The notes beneath the pieces are model-generated. The model ran no database searches, was not told where the DNA came from, and worked only from the letters and a program-made list of their open reading frames with translations. Positions 46,648-56,232 of a DNA stretch of 64,000 nt are shown one piece after another. Source of the stretch: Terrimicrobiaceae bacterium (lineage in GTDB: Bacteria > Verrucomicrobiota > Verrucomicrobiia > Chthoniobacterales > JAATET01); contig JAQTOP010000010.1 in assembly GCA_028713285.1 (NCBI GenBank), positions 207 through 64,206 on the forward strand, in the 5' to 3' direction. The translations under genes and the position numbers were made by a program. How positions within the stretch are numbered: position 1 is the stretch's first letter; the number at the start of each line of letters is the position of its first letter.

Positions 46648-47310
46648 ATGCGCCGCTGCATCCCGTATTTGCTCGCCCTCGCGTCCGCCGCCGCGGCTCC
46701 CGCCGGTGCAGTGAGCCGCGACGAGGCCTTCGCGCGTTTGCGCGACGAGGCGCGGGTCGCAAAGCTCGAGGAGCAATCCGCCGACGACGTCAAGAACCAC
46801 CGCTATGAGGTCGCGCTGAAAAAGGCGATCGAAGCCGACGCGCTCCGTCCCGGCAATCCCATCATCCTCAATACCAAGGGCGCCGCGCTCACCGAGCTGG
46901 GGCGCTACGACGAAGCCACGAAGGCGCTGGAGGCCGCCGTGGCGGCCGATCCGCAGGCGTTCCAGCCGCAGTTCAACCAGGGCGAAATGCTTTCGCTGCA
47001 GAAGAAATACTCCGACGCCGCCGTGCAGTTCACCGTGCTGCTGTCGCGTTTCGGCGCGATCCCGATCATCAAATACAAGATTTACCTGTGCTACGTTCTC
47101 ACCGGACAAAAGAATCTCGCAAGCGATGCGCTGCGGACCATGCGTTATCCCGAGGACGGCGCGGCGTGGTATTTCGCGCACGCGGTGGATCGCCTGCAGG
47201 CAGGCCAGCGCAGCGAAGCGCTCCGATTGCTCGCCGCCGCCGACGCCATTCATCACGAGGAGGCGCAGACCTACCGCGATACGTTGCGCGGAACCGGATT
47301 GCTCAAATAA
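46648..47310 (+). CDS. TPR-repeat secreted protein
   Basis: The ATG at 46648 gives a signal peptide MRRCIPYLLALASAAAAPAGA. TPR-like repeats follow (ALTELGRYDEATKALEAAVAADP). Confidence 0.7.
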   Translation: MRRCIPYLLALASAAAAPAGAVSRDEAFARLRDEARVAKLEEQSADDVKNHRYEVALKKAIEADALRPGNPIILNTKGAALTELGRYDEATKALEAAVAADPQAFQPQFNQGEMLSLQKKYSDAAVQFTVLLSRFGAIPIIKYKIYLCYVLTGQKNLASDALRTMRYPEDGAAWYFAHAVDRLQAGQRSEALRLLAAADAIHHEEAQTYRDTLRGTGLLK

Positions 47311-47312
47311 CC

Positions 47313-48314
47313 ATGTCGGGCAGAAAAAAGAAAAAGCGCGTGCTCGTCACCGGCGCGGCGGGTTTCATCGGCAGCGCGCTCGTCCACGCGCTCAACCAGC
47401 GCGGCGTCGAGGATATTCTCGTGGTTGACGTGCTCGGCCACGACGACAAATGGCGCAACCTCTCGCCGCTCAAGTTCGACGACTACCTCCAGGCGAGCGA
47501 ATTGCTCGCGGCGCTCGAATCCGGCGGCCTCGGCCGTATTCACAAGATTTTTCATCTCGGCGCGTGCTCCGCGACCACCGAAAAAAACGGCGACTACCTC
47601 ATCGAAAACAACTACCGCTACACCCAGCGGCTCGCCGAGTGGGCGCTCGCGCACGATGCCCGCTTCGTCTATGCCTCCTCCGCTGCGACCTACGGCGACG
47701 GCGCGCGCGGAATGGACGACCGCGACGACGACATCACGAAGCTCCGTCCGCTCAATCTCTACGGCTACTCGAAGCACCTGTTCGACCTCCACGCGCAGCG
47801 GCGCGGCTGCCTCGGCGACATCGTTGGAATCAAGTATTTCAACGTCTTCGGCCCAAACGAATATCACAAGGGCGAGATGCGCAGCCTCGTTTGCAAGGCC
47901 TATCAGCAGATCGTCGAGACCGGAAAAATCCGGCTGTTCAAGAGCCACCGGCCCGACTTTCGCGACGGCGAACAGATGCGCGATTTCATCTACGTGAAGG
48001 ACGCCGTCGCCATCACGCTGCACCTCGCGGAATCGAAGCGGACGGGCGGCCTCTACAACGTCGGCTCCGGCATCGCGCGGACCTGGCTGGACCTTGGCCG
48101 CGCGATCTTCGCCGCGCTGGATCGCGAACCGCAGATCGAATTCATCGACATGCCCGAAAACATCCGCGGGCAGTATCAATACCACACCTGCGCCGACATC
48201 GGGAAGCTGCGCGAAACGGGCTACGACGCGGAGACGACGCCGCTCGAAGCCGCCGTCCACGACTACGTCACGAATTACCTCGCCCCAAACCGCCGACTCG
48301 GCGACGAGGCGTGA
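47313..48314 (+). CDS. hldD: ADP-L-glycero-D-manno-heptose 6-epimerase
   Basis: The ATG at 47313 gives MSGRKKKKRVLVTGAAGFIGSALV. Other blocks are FHLGACSATTE, YASSAATYG, NLYGYSK and KYFNVFGPNEYHKG. Confidence 0.88.
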   Translation: MSGRKKKKRVLVTGAAGFIGSALVHALNQRGVEDILVVDVLGHDDKWRNLSPLKFDDYLQASELLAALESGGLGRIHKIFHLGACSATTEKNGDYLIENNYRYTQRLAEWALAHDARFVYASSAATYGDGARGMDDRDDDITKLRPLNLYGYSKHLFDLHAQRRGCLGDIVGIKYFNVFGPNEYHKGEMRSLVCKAYQQIVETGKIRLFKSHRPDFRDGEQMRDFIYVKDAVAITLHLAESKRTGGLYNVGSGIARTWLDLGRAIFAALDREPQIEFIDMPENIRGQYQYHTCADIGKLRETGYDAETTPLEAAVHDYVTNYLAPNRRLGDEA

Positions 48315-48364
48315 TACACCACGAATGACGGCCCGACCGTCCGCCGCCAATTTCACCACGCATC

Positions 48365-49345
48365 ATGTCCGCACGCACGCCCGTCACCATCCTCACCGGC
48401 TTTCTAGGAGCCGGGAAAACCACGCTGCTCAACCGCATCCTCACCGAGCAGCACGGCCGGCGCATCGCCGTGATCGAAAATGAATTCGGCGAAGTCGGGA
48501 TCGATCACGAGCTCGTGGTGAACACCGACGAGGAAATCTTCGAGATGAACAACGGCTGCATCTGCTGCACGGTGCGCGGCGATTTGATCCGCATCCTCGG
48601 CCGGCTGATGAAGCGGCGCGACAAGTTCGACCGCGTGCTCATCGAGACGACGGGCCTCGCCGACCCGGGCCCGGTAGTGCAGACGTTTTTCATGGACGAC
48701 GACATGAAGGAAAAGTTCGTCGTCGATGCCATCGTCACGGTCGTGGATGCGAAGCACATCCTCCTCCATCTGGATGACAGCGACGAGGCGCGGGAACAGA
48801 TCGCCTTCGCCGACGTCCTGCTGCTCAACAAGTGCGACCTCGCCGAGCCGGCCGGCGTGGACGGGCTCGAGCGGCGGTTGCGCGGCATGAACGCGCTGGC
48901 AAAAATTCATCGCACGACCCACGGCGCCGTCGATCTCGAAAAGGTCCTCGCCGTCGGAGGGTTCAACCTCGATCACGCGATGGAACTCGATCCGCACTTT
49001 CTCGACGGGGAGACCGGCGACGGACACGACCATCATCACCACCATCACGACGAGGAGATTGCCAGCGTGGGCATCGAGGCCGGCGGCGATGTGGACGGAC
49101 GCAAGCTGAACGCATGGCTCTCCGAACTCGTCCGCACGAAGGGGCAGGACATCTTCCGCACGAAGGGCGTGTTTGCTCTCGCCGGAAATCCCGACCGCAT
49201 TATTTTTCAGGGCGTTCACATGCTCATCGACGGCGCGAATGGCGGCCCGTGGGGCGAACGCCCGCGCATGAACCGGCTCGTCTTCATCGGCCGCAACCTC
49301 GACCGCGAGGCCCTCAACGCGGGCTTCCGCGACTGCCTCGCCTGA
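48365..49345 (+). CDS. COG0523-family GTPase metallochaperone (CobW/ZigA-like) with His-rich tract
   Basis: The P-loop is GFLGAGKTTLLN, followed by the CxCC motif GCICCT, ETTGLADP and NKCDL. The His-rich tract is GDGHDHHHHHHDEE. Confidence 0.88.
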   Translation: MSARTPVTILTGFLGAGKTTLLNRILTEQHGRRIAVIENEFGEVGIDHELVVNTDEEIFEMNNGCICCTVRGDLIRILGRLMKRRDKFDRVLIETTGLADPGPVVQTFFMDDDMKEKFVVDAIVTVVDAKHILLHLDDSDEAREQIAFADVLLLNKCDLAEPAGVDGLERRLRGMNALAKIHRTTHGAVDLEKVLAVGGFNLDHAMELDPHFLDGETGDGHDHHHHHHDEEIASVGIEAGGDVDGRKLNAWLSELVRTKGQDIFRTKGVFALAGNPDRIIFQGVHMLIDGANGGPWGERPRMNRLVFIGRNLDREALNAGFRDCLA

Positions 49346-49367
49346 GTTCGCACGCGGACGCGAAACG

Positions 49368-50378
49368 ATGGAGCTGAAGCAATTCGCCGCCTCGACGGCG
49401 AACGATCACGTTCTCGGCCTCTCCTGGTCGGCCGATGGAGAGAGGCTTGCCGCAGCCCCGTCGGAGGGCCCGATTCTCGTGCTCAATCGCCAGGCCGCTC
49501 TCGTCGGCGAGCTGTCCGATCATGGCCTCGGCAATGGCGCGGCGGTTTTTCATCCGGATGCGGGAAGTCTGGCGACCTGCGGAACCGACGGTTGTGTCCG
49601 GCTTTACGATGACGTTTCCCCTTTCGCCCGGCCCGTCGAAATCTCGCTCGGAAAAGGCTGGATCGAGCGCCTCGGGTGGAGTCCCGACGGCAGGCACCTT
49701 GCAACGGCGATCGGAAAGCGTCTCGTCATCCTGGACGCCGGCGGCGCGCCCGTCTGCGAATTCGGCCCGCACAAAAGCAGCGTCTGCGATTTTGCGTGGA
49801 ACCCCCGCGAGCCGCGGGAAATCACGAGCGTTTGCGACGGGGGCGCGCACCTGTGGCGGCTCGGCCACGACGCGCCCTTCGCGCGGTTCGACTGGGGCGG
49901 TGCGAGCCTCCTCGCGAAATGGAGCCCGGACGGCCGCTGGGTCGTCACCGGCGACCAGACGCCCAGCGTGCATCTCTACGACCTCACACGCGACTACCCG
50001 CTGCACATCCAGGGCTACGAAACCAAGGTGAAGGCGCTCGCCTTCAACAGCGCGTCGCGCAAGCTCGCGACGGGCGGCGGCAAGCTCGTCACGCTCTGGA
50101 CCTGCACGGGGAAGACGGGCCCCGAAGGCACGATCCCGCGGCAGCTCCAGGGCCACACCGGCGATTGCCTCGCGCTCGCCTACCGGCCGGGCAGCGACTG
50201 GCTCGCCTCCGGCGGCGTGGACGGACGGTTGATCCTCTTCGAGCCCGACAGTTCCGCCCAGCCGCGCGCGAGCCAGCGCCTGGGCTCCGCCGTCACTTGC
50301 GTGGCGTGGCATCCCCGCGATCCGCTGTTGGCCCTCGGGACCGAAGCCGGCGAAATCGTCCTCGTCGAGGTCGCGTAG
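49368..50378 (+). CDS. WD40-repeat beta-propeller protein
   Basis: The 336-aa protein has repeated ..W.PDG..LA.....G.v.l.. units (LSWSADGERLAAA, LGWSPDGRHLATA, AKWSPDGRWVVTG, VAWHPRDPLLALG). Confidence 0.75.
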   Translation: MELKQFAASTANDHVLGLSWSADGERLAAAPSEGPILVLNRQAALVGELSDHGLGNGAAVFHPDAGSLATCGTDGCVRLYDDVSPFARPVEISLGKGWIERLGWSPDGRHLATAIGKRLVILDAGGAPVCEFGPHKSSVCDFAWNPREPREITSVCDGGAHLWRLGHDAPFARFDWGGASLLAKWSPDGRWVVTGDQTPSVHLYDLTRDYPLHIQGYETKVKALAFNSASRKLATGGGKLVTLWTCTGKTGPEGTIPRQLQGHTGDCLALAYRPGSDWLASGGVDGRLILFEPDSSAQPRASQRLGSAVTCVAWHPRDPLLALGTEAGEIVLVEVA

Positions 50379-50423
50379 TTTTTCTCGTTTCCCCGGCGGA
50401 AGGTTTGGAATTACACTCCGCGC

Positions 50424-51131
50424 ATGGCGGGCGCGATCCTCATCACTGGCGCCAGCCGCGGCATCGGCCACGCGCTGAGCATCGCCTTCGCGAAGGCCGG
50501 GTGGACGGTCTTCGCGAGCTCGCGCAAACCCCAGGCGCCCTTGCTCTGGAACGTCGCGCGGGAATTTCCGAACCTCCGCCCTCTGGTGCTTGACGTGCTC
50601 GACGACTCGTCGGTGGGTGAGGCCGCCGCCGCGGTCGCGAAGGAGACGGATTCGCTCGACGTGCTCGTGAACAACGCCGCCGTCTTCCCCGGCGAGGGCG
50701 ACGAGCGCCTTGAGGATCTCGATCTCGCCTGGTTCGGCGAGGCGGTCGAGACGAACGTTACCGGCGTTGCCCGCGTCACCCGCGCAGCGCTTCCGCTCCT
50801 GCGCAAAGGCAACCGGCCGCGCATCGTGAACATCTCCTCCGGCGCCGGCTCGATCTCGGACAAGGAGGACTTCAGCTATTATCCCTACTCCGTTTCCAAG
50901 GCCGCGCTGAACATGCTCACCCGCGCCATGGCCGCGGAGTTCCGCACGGACGGGATCACGGTCACCGCCCTCAGCCCCGGCTGGGTGCAGACCGAAATGG
51001 GGGGCCCAAACGCGCCGCTCACCGCCGAACAGTCCGCGCGAAGTCTTTACTCCACGATTGATCGCCTGACTCCGGAAGACTCCGGACGATTTCTCAACCG
51101 CGACGGCAGGGGCGGCGACTACGCCTGGTAG
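50424..51131 (+). CDS. Short-chain dehydrogenase/reductase (SDR)
   Basis: SDR blocks are ILITGASRGIGHAL, NNAAV and YSVSKAALN (YxxxK). Confidence 0.88.
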   Translation: MAGAILITGASRGIGHALSIAFAKAGWTVFASSRKPQAPLLWNVAREFPNLRPLVLDVLDDSSVGEAAAAVAKETDSLDVLVNNAAVFPGEGDERLEDLDLAWFGEAVETNVTGVARVTRAALPLLRKGNRPRIVNISSGAGSISDKEDFSYYPYSVSKAALNMLTRAMAAEFRTDGITVTALSPGWVQTEMGGPNAPLTAEQSARSLYSTIDRLTPEDSGRFLNRDGRGGDYAW

Positions 51132-51141
51132 AGACGCCCGG

Positions 51142-51489
51142 TCAAATCCCGCGCTCGCTTTTCACCTGCGCCAGCGACTCGACGAACAATCGCTCCGCCG
51201 TTTGCAGCTCTGCTCCCAGTCCGGTCGCCGCGCCCGTCTTCGCCTGCGTCTCGATCCGGGCCATCACACCGCTGAAGCCGGCGAATCCGAAATTCGCCGC
51301 GCTGCCCTTTGCCTGATGCGCCGAGCGAGCCAGTTTTCCAAGGTCGCCAGCCGCCAGCGCCGCGGACGCCTCCCGCAGGATTCGCGGCAGATCGATCTCG
51401 AATTCGCGATAAATCTCGACGAAATCCGGGGTAAATCCGTCCGCAATCATATCGAGCTGCTCCCAATCGACGGAGGCTGCGTCAGGCAT
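51142..51489 (-). CDS. Hpt (histidine phosphotransfer) domain protein, stand-alone
   Basis: An ATG at 51489 inside track ORF 51142..51936 gives a 115-aa protein. It carries the HxxKG phosphorylatable-His block (ARSAHQAKGSAANFG). Confidence 0.75.
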   Translation of the reverse strand: MPDAASVDWEQLDMIADGFTPDFVEIYREFEIDLPRILREASAALAAGDLGKLARSAHQAKGSAANFGFAGFSGVMARIETQAKTGAATGLGAELQTAERLFVESLAQVKSERGI

Positions 51490-51553
51490 GCGCAGACTGT
51501 GCCCTCGCCTCCTCCCATTGGCAACGCGAAACCCGTCCATTGACCGAATGATT

Positions 51554-52156
51554 TCAGCGCTCCAGCTCAGGCGCCGGCCAGCGAAACACCGCCTCCCGCT
51601 CGACGGCCGAGGCGAGCAGCCGCAGATAGCGCGTCCGTGGAATCTCGATCGCCCCAAATTGTGCGAGATGCGGCGTCGTCCACTGCGTGTCGAGCAGCGT
51701 GAAACCACCCGCGCGCAGGATGCGAACCAGCGCCGCGAGAGCGACCTTCGAAGCATCGGTGCGGCGATGAAACATCGATTCGCCGAAGAACGCCCCGCCG
51801 ACCGCCACCCCATAGAGCCCGCCCGCCAGCTCGCCCTCGTGCCAGACCTCCACCGCATGCGCGTGGCCCAGCGCATGCAACTTCGCGTAGCTGCGCAAAA
51901 TGACGTCGTCGATCCAGGTCTCCTTCCGCTCGGCACAGGCCCGCATCACCTCATCGAACGCCGTATCGACCCGCACTTCCCAGGCCGGATCACGCAGCGT
52001 CCGACGCGTGCCGTGCGGCACGTGAAATGCCTCGAGCGGAAGAATGCCGCGCTGCTGCGGGCTGAACCATTGGATGTCGCCCGGCGCGACGGCCATGGGA
52101 AACGCCCCCTGCCGATAGGCGCTCAACAACAGCTCGGGCGGAATGAGGATTGCCAT
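51554..52156 (-). CDS. aat: Leucyl/phenylalanyl-tRNA--protein transferase
   Basis: The ATG at 52156 gives a sequence containing LLSAYRQGAFPM, WFSPQQRGILPL and GGAFFGESMFH. Confidence 0.9.
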   Translation of the reverse strand: MAILIPPELLLSAYRQGAFPMAVAPGDIQWFSPQQRGILPLEAFHVPHGTRRTLRDPAWEVRVDTAFDEVMRACAERKETWIDDVILRSYAKLHALGHAHAVEVWHEGELAGGLYGVAVGGAFFGESMFHRRTDASKVALAALVRILRAGGFTLLDTQWTTPHLAQFGAIEIPRTRYLRLLASAVEREAVFRWPAPELER

Positions 52157-52183
52157 GCCGAATTGATTTTCTATTCTGCCCCG

Positions 52184-52360
52184 GTGAAAATCGCCCTCAT
52201 TCTTTGTGGAGTTTGCCTGAGCGCGTTTCTGGCCGGGTGCGCGGTCTCGGAGAGCTCGACCGCCGATGTCGGCCAGCAGTTCCAACGGGGCATTCAAGGT
52301 CAGGGCCAGGTCGTTCCCAATAATCCCACCAGCGACTCCTTCGGCCCGGAATACCGCTAG
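52184..52360 (+). CDS. Possible small lipoprotein (58 aa)
   Basis: A GTG at 52184 in the frame of track ORF 51488..52360 gives (M)KIALILCGVCLSAFLAGCAVSESS, a signal peptide plus lipobox LAGC. The long upstream part of the track ORF is antisense to aat and was rejected. Confidence 0.45.
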   Translation: MKIALILCGVCLSAFLAGCAVSESSTADVGQQFQRGIQGQGQVVPNNPTSDSFGPEYR

Positions 52361-52387
52361 CCGAAAGCCTTCCCTCCCTTTCGAAAA

Positions 52388-53965
52388 ATGTCCGACGCCC
52401 TTACGCCCGCGTCGAAGATCGTCATTCTCGACTTCGGCTCGCAATACACCCAGGTCATCGCCCGGCGCGTCCGCGAGTGCCGGGTGTATTCGGAAATCCT
52501 GCCGCATACCATCGCCGCCGCCGATCTGCGAAAGCTGGGCGCGAAGGGCATCATCCTCTCCGGCGGCCCGGCCAGCGTGTATGCGAAGGGCGCGCCGAAG
52601 GTGGACAAAAAGATTTTCGACCTCGGTCTTCCGGTGCTCGGAATCTGCTACGGCATGCAGCTCATCGCGCAGAATCTCGGCGGCAAGGTCGAGCGCTCCA
52701 CGCATCGGGAGTATGGCGCCGGCACATTGAAGGCCGGCCGCCTCTGCCCGCTCTTCCACAAGCTCCCCGCGAAACTCGAAGTCTGGAACAGCCACGGCGA
52801 CCGCATCACCGCCCTGCCCGGCGGCTTCACGCCAATGGGCACGACCGAGAACTCACCCCACGCCGTGATCGGCGACCCCGTGCGCCACATTTACGGCATG
52901 CAATTCCATCCCGAGGTCGTTCACACGCCGCGCGGCAAGGAGATCGTCGCGAATTTTGTCCATCGCATCTGCGGCTGCGGCTCGGACTGGACGATGGGCT
53001 CGTTCATCCAGCGCGCATGCGCGGACATCCGGGCGCAGGTCCGCGAGGATCGCGTGATCCTCGGCCTGAGCGGCGGCGTGGATTCCTCGGTCGCCGCCGC
53101 ATTGCTGCACAAAGCCATCGGCGATCAACTCACGTGCATTTTCGTGGACAACGGACTCATCCGCAACGGCGAGCGCGAGGCCGTGGAAAAGCTCTTCGCC
53201 GGGCACTTCCACATCAAGCTGCGCGTCGTGAATGCGTCGAAACGCTTTCTCTCAAAGCTCAAGGGCGTCACCGATCCCGAGCGCAAGCGCAAGATCATCG
53301 GCAACGAATTCATCAAGGTCTTCGAGCAGGCCGCTCGGGAATTGAAGTCCTCCGTGAAAGGCGCGCACGGCTACAAGTTTCTCGCCCAGGGCACGCTCTA
53401 CCCGGATGTCATCGAGTCCGTCGCCATCGGCGGCAACCCCGCCGCGCTCATCAAAAGCCACCACAACGTGGGCGGGCTGCCCGAGCGGATGAAATTCCAG
53501 CTCGTCGAGCCGCTGCGCCAGCTCTTTAAGGACGAGGTGCGCGAAGTCGGCGCGGAACTCGGACTGCCGCGCGAGCTGGTCGGCCGGCAGCCCTTCCCAG
53601 GGCCGGGCCTCGCCGTCCGGGTGCTCGGCGAGCTCACGCCGGAAAAATTGCGCATCGTCCGCGACGCCGACACAATCGTGATCGAGGAGATGAAGGCCGC
53701 CGACTGGTATTACAAGGTCTGGCAGTCTTTCGCCGTCCTCCTCCCCGTGCGTTCGGTCGGCGTGATGGGCGACGAACGCACCTACGACTTTACCATCGCG
53801 CTGCGCATCGTCGAGAGCCAGGACGGCATGACCGCGAACTGGGTGCGCGTGCCCTACGACCTCCTCGCCCGCATCTCCAGCCGCATCATCAACGAAGTGA
53901 AGGGCGTCAACCGGATCGTTTACGACGTCTCCAGCAAACCGCCCGCCACCATCGAATGGGAGTGA
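52388..53965 (+). CDS. guaA: GMP synthase (glutamine-hydrolysing)
   Basis: The GATase domain has [10 protein letters not shown] and GICYGMQL. The ATP-PPase P-loop is [12 protein letters not shown], and the C-terminus is KPPATIEWE. Confidence 0.96.
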   Translation: MSDALTPASKIVILDFGSQYTQVIARRVRECRVYSEILPHTIAAADLRKLGAKGIILSGGPASVYAKGAPKVDKKIFDLGLPVLGICYGMQLIAQNLGGKVERSTHREYGAGTLKAGRLCPLFHKLPAKLEVWNSHGDRITALPGGFTPMGTTENSPHAVIGDPVRHIYGMQFHPEVVHTPRGKEIVANFVHRICGCGSDWTMGSFIQRACADIRAQVREDRVILGLSGGVDSSVAAALLHKAIGDQLTCIFVDNGLIRNGEREAVEKLFAGHFHIKLRVVNASKRFLSKLKGVTDPERKRKIIGNEFIKVFEQAARELKSSVKGAHGYKFLAQGTLYPDVIESVAIGGNPAALIKSHHNVGGLPERMKFQLVEPLRQLFKDEVREVGAELGLPRELVGRQPFPGPGLAVRVLGELTPEKLRIVRDADTIVIEEMKAADWYYKVWQSFAVLLPVRSVGVMGDERTYDFTIALRIVESQDGMTANWVRVPYDLLARISSRIINEVKGVNRIVYDVSSKPPATIEWE

Positions 53966-54444
53966 CCCGCGCCATTTACCCCGGCAGTTTCGATCCGCTC
54001 ACGCTCGGGCACCTCGACGTGATCGAACGGGCGCGGGCCATGTTCCCAGACCTCATTGTGGCCATCGCGTCGAATGAGCCGAAGGGCCCGCTCTTCACCG
54101 CCGCCGAGCGCGCCGCGCTCATTCGCGAGGCGTTGCCGGCGAATTCCACCGTGCGGGTCGAGGTCTTCGACGGTCTGCTGGTCGAGTTCGCCCGACAGCA
54201 GGAAACGTTCGTCGTCATCCGCGGGCTGCGAGCGATTTCCGATTTCGAATTCGAGTTCCAGATGGCGCTCATGAACCGGCGCCTCGAACCGCGGCTGGAA
54301 ACCGTGTTCCTCACGCCGCAGGAGGAGTTCACCTTCCTGAGTTCCCGCATCGTAAAGGAGGTCGCGCGCCTGGGCGGCGACGTCACGCCCTTCGTCCCGA
54401 CGCACGTCACCGCCGCCCTTCGCAATAAATTCGGGAAAACTTGA
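53956..54444 (+). CDS. coaD: Phosphopantetheine adenylyltransferase
   Basis: Blocks [21 protein letters not shown] and [16 protein letters not shown] are present. The gene overlaps guaA by 10 nt. Confidence 0.93.
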   Translation: MGVTRAIYPGSFDPLTLGHLDVIERARAMFPDLIVAIASNEPKGPLFTAAERAALIREALPANSTVRVEVFDGLLVEFARQQETFVVIRGLRAISDFEFEFQMALMNRRLEPRLETVFLTPQEEFTFLSSRIVKEVARLGGDVTPFVPTHVTAALRNKFGKT

Positions 54445-54530
54445 TCGTGGATTTCGCGACGAGCAGGGAAATCGCCGCCGAATTTTCTTGATTTCCCGAT
54501 TCCCACATTTGGCGGTATTTTTATCGCACC

Positions 54531-54989
54531 TTGAAAATCCACCTCCGCCAGATCCCGCAGGGAAGCACGATCCATCTTGAGGCCGACGTGGATCCCGCGT
54601 TCCTCGAGCTGGGGCCGGATGATGCGGAAGCCATCTCGCCCGTCCACTGCGCGCTCGACGTCGGCCTCTCCGACAACGGTCTTTTCGCTACCGGTTCGCT
54701 CTCGCTGCGCATACGTCAAACCTGCGTGAAATGCCTGCGGCCCTTCGAGACCACGCTCGTCGTCGGCGATTTCGGCACCCAGGTCGATCTCGTCGGTTGC
54801 GAATCCGTGGACTTGACCGCCCAGATTCGCGAGGATATTCTCCTCGTCCTGCCGTCGCATCCCCGATGCGATGACGATGGCTCGACCAAATGTCCCGCCA
54901 CGTTCCAGAGCGCGCCCGCCGCGCCCTTGATCGAAGAGGTGGACCACTCCACCTGGGACGCGCTGGATCAAATCAAACCGAAGAAATAA
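54531..54989 (+). CDS. yceD: YceD/DUF177 family protein
   Basis: The ORF starts at TTG and lies immediately upstream of rpmF, as in the conserved yceD-rpmF-plsX-fabH arrangement. It has a Cys pair (CVKCLRPF) and an acidic C-terminus. Confidence 0.75.
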   Translation: MKIHLRQIPQGSTIHLEADVDPAFLELGPDDAEAISPVHCALDVGLSDNGLFATGSLSLRIRQTCVKCLRPFETTLVVGDFGTQVDLVGCESVDLTAQIREDILLVLPSHPRCDDDGSTKCPATFQSAPAAPLIEEVDHSTWDALDQIKPKK

Positions 54990-55007
54990 CTCAACCGCTT
55001 TCCAGTC

Positions 55008-55193
55008 ATGGGAGTCCCGAAACGTAAAACCTCAAAAATGCGCCTGCGCACCCGCAAGGCCGCGAACCGCTGGCACGCCGCGAAGCTGGCCAAATGCCCG
55101 CAATGCGGCGCCGCCGTGCTCAGCCACACCGCCTGCCCTTCCTGCGGTTACTACAAGGGCCGCCAGGTCCTCACCATCGAAGCTGCGCGCTAG
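55008..55193 (+). CDS. rpmF: 50S ribosomal protein L32
   Basis: The sequence is MGVPKRKTSKMRLRTRKAANRW.., with a zinc-ribbon CPQCG..CPSCG. Confidence 0.95.
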   Translation: MGVPKRKTSKMRLRTRKAANRWHAAKLAKCPQCGAAVLSHTACPSCGYYKGRQVLTIEAAR

Positions 55194-55221
55194 CCCCCCG
55201 CCGCAAGTTGTCCCCAAGCCT

Positions 55222-56232
55222 ATGAGGGTGGCCCTCGACGCCATGGGCGGAGATTTCGCCCCCAGGAGCACCGTTGCCGGCGCGGCCCTGGCCTTGCGCG
55301 AACTCGGAGGCATCGAGAAGCTCTACCTCACCGGCGACGAGGCCCAGCTCACGCGCGAGCTGGCCGCCAACCATTGCAACGACCGGCGCATCGAGATCGT
55401 TCATACGACGCAGGTCGTCGAAATGAGCGACCACGCCGTCGAGGCCGTCCGCCGGAAGAAGGATTCCTCGGTCAACCGCGCGGTCGATCTCGTCAAGAAG
55501 GGCGACGCCGACGCCGTCGTGAGCGCCGGCCATACCGGCGCGATGGTCGCCTCGACCACGATCAAGCTGCGCACCCTGCCCGGCGTCGAGCGCCCCGGCA
55601 TCGCCAGCTACCTCCCCACCGAACACAACGTCTGCGTGCTCATCGACGCCGGCGCGAATGTGGACGCCCGCCCGATTCACATGCTGCAATACGCGATCAT
55701 GGGCACCGTCGTTTCGCAATACGTCCTCGGTTTCGACAATCCACAGGTCGGCCTGATGTCCATCGGCGGCGAAGATCAAAAGGGCAGCGAATTCACCAAG
55801 GAAATTTTCAAGCTGCTCAAGGCGAGCAGCCTGAACTTTCGCGGCAACGTCGAGGGCCACGATCTTTTCGAGCGCCCCGTCGAAGTGGTGCTCTGTGACG
55901 GCTTCGTTGGCAATGTCGTATTGAAAACCTGCGAGGCCACCGCCAGCGCCGTCTTCAGTTGGCTCAAGCGCGAACTCACCGCGAATTCCAAGCGCAAGGC
56001 CGGTGCGTTCCTTGCGCAAAACGCCTTTCGCGCCATCCGCAACAAGACGAATTACGAAACCTACGGCGGCAGCCCCCTCGTCGGCGTGGACGGCGTCGCC
56101 ATCATCGCCCACGGCGCCAGCAGCCCCCTCGCGATCAAGAACGCCGTGCGCGTCGCCTGCGAACTCATCGAAAAAAAGATCAATCCGCGCATCGTCGAGG
56201 CCGTCAGGCAGGGAGGCCGCTCCGCAGTTTAA
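55222..56232 (+). CDS. plsX: Phosphate acyltransferase PlsX
   Basis: Blocks MRVALDAMGGDFAP, VSAGHTGA and DGFVGNVVLK are present. Confidence 0.95.
   Translation: MRVALDAMGGDFAPRSTVAGAALALRELGGIEKLYLTGDEAQLTRELAANHCNDRRIEIVHTTQVVEMSDHAVEAVRRKKDSSVNRAVDLVKKGDADAVVSAGHTGAMVASTTIKLRTLPGVERPGIASYLPTEHNVCVLIDAGANVDARPIHMLQYAIMGTVVSQYVLGFDNPQVGLMSIGGEDQKGSEFTKEIFKLLKASSLNFRGNVEGHDLFERPVEVVLCDGFVGNVVLKTCEATASAVFSWLKRELTANSKRKAGAFLAQNAFRAIRNKTNYETYGGSPLVGVDGVAIIAHGASSPLAIKNAVRVACELIEKKINPRIVEAVRQGGRSAV

Noticed and set aside
51488-52183. Upstream 232 codons of track ORF 51488..52360
   Set aside because: It is antisense to aat and the Hpt gene. Only the last 58 codons, which follow a GTG and carry a signal peptide and lipobox, look like a real (small) gene.
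54445-54530. Possible promoter (TTGATT near 54488) and hairpin (gatttc..gaaatc) between coaD and yceD
   Set aside because: The spacing to any -10-like hexamer is wrong (about 22 nt), and the stem is only 6 bp with a 12-nt loop. I cannot support either call from sequence alone.
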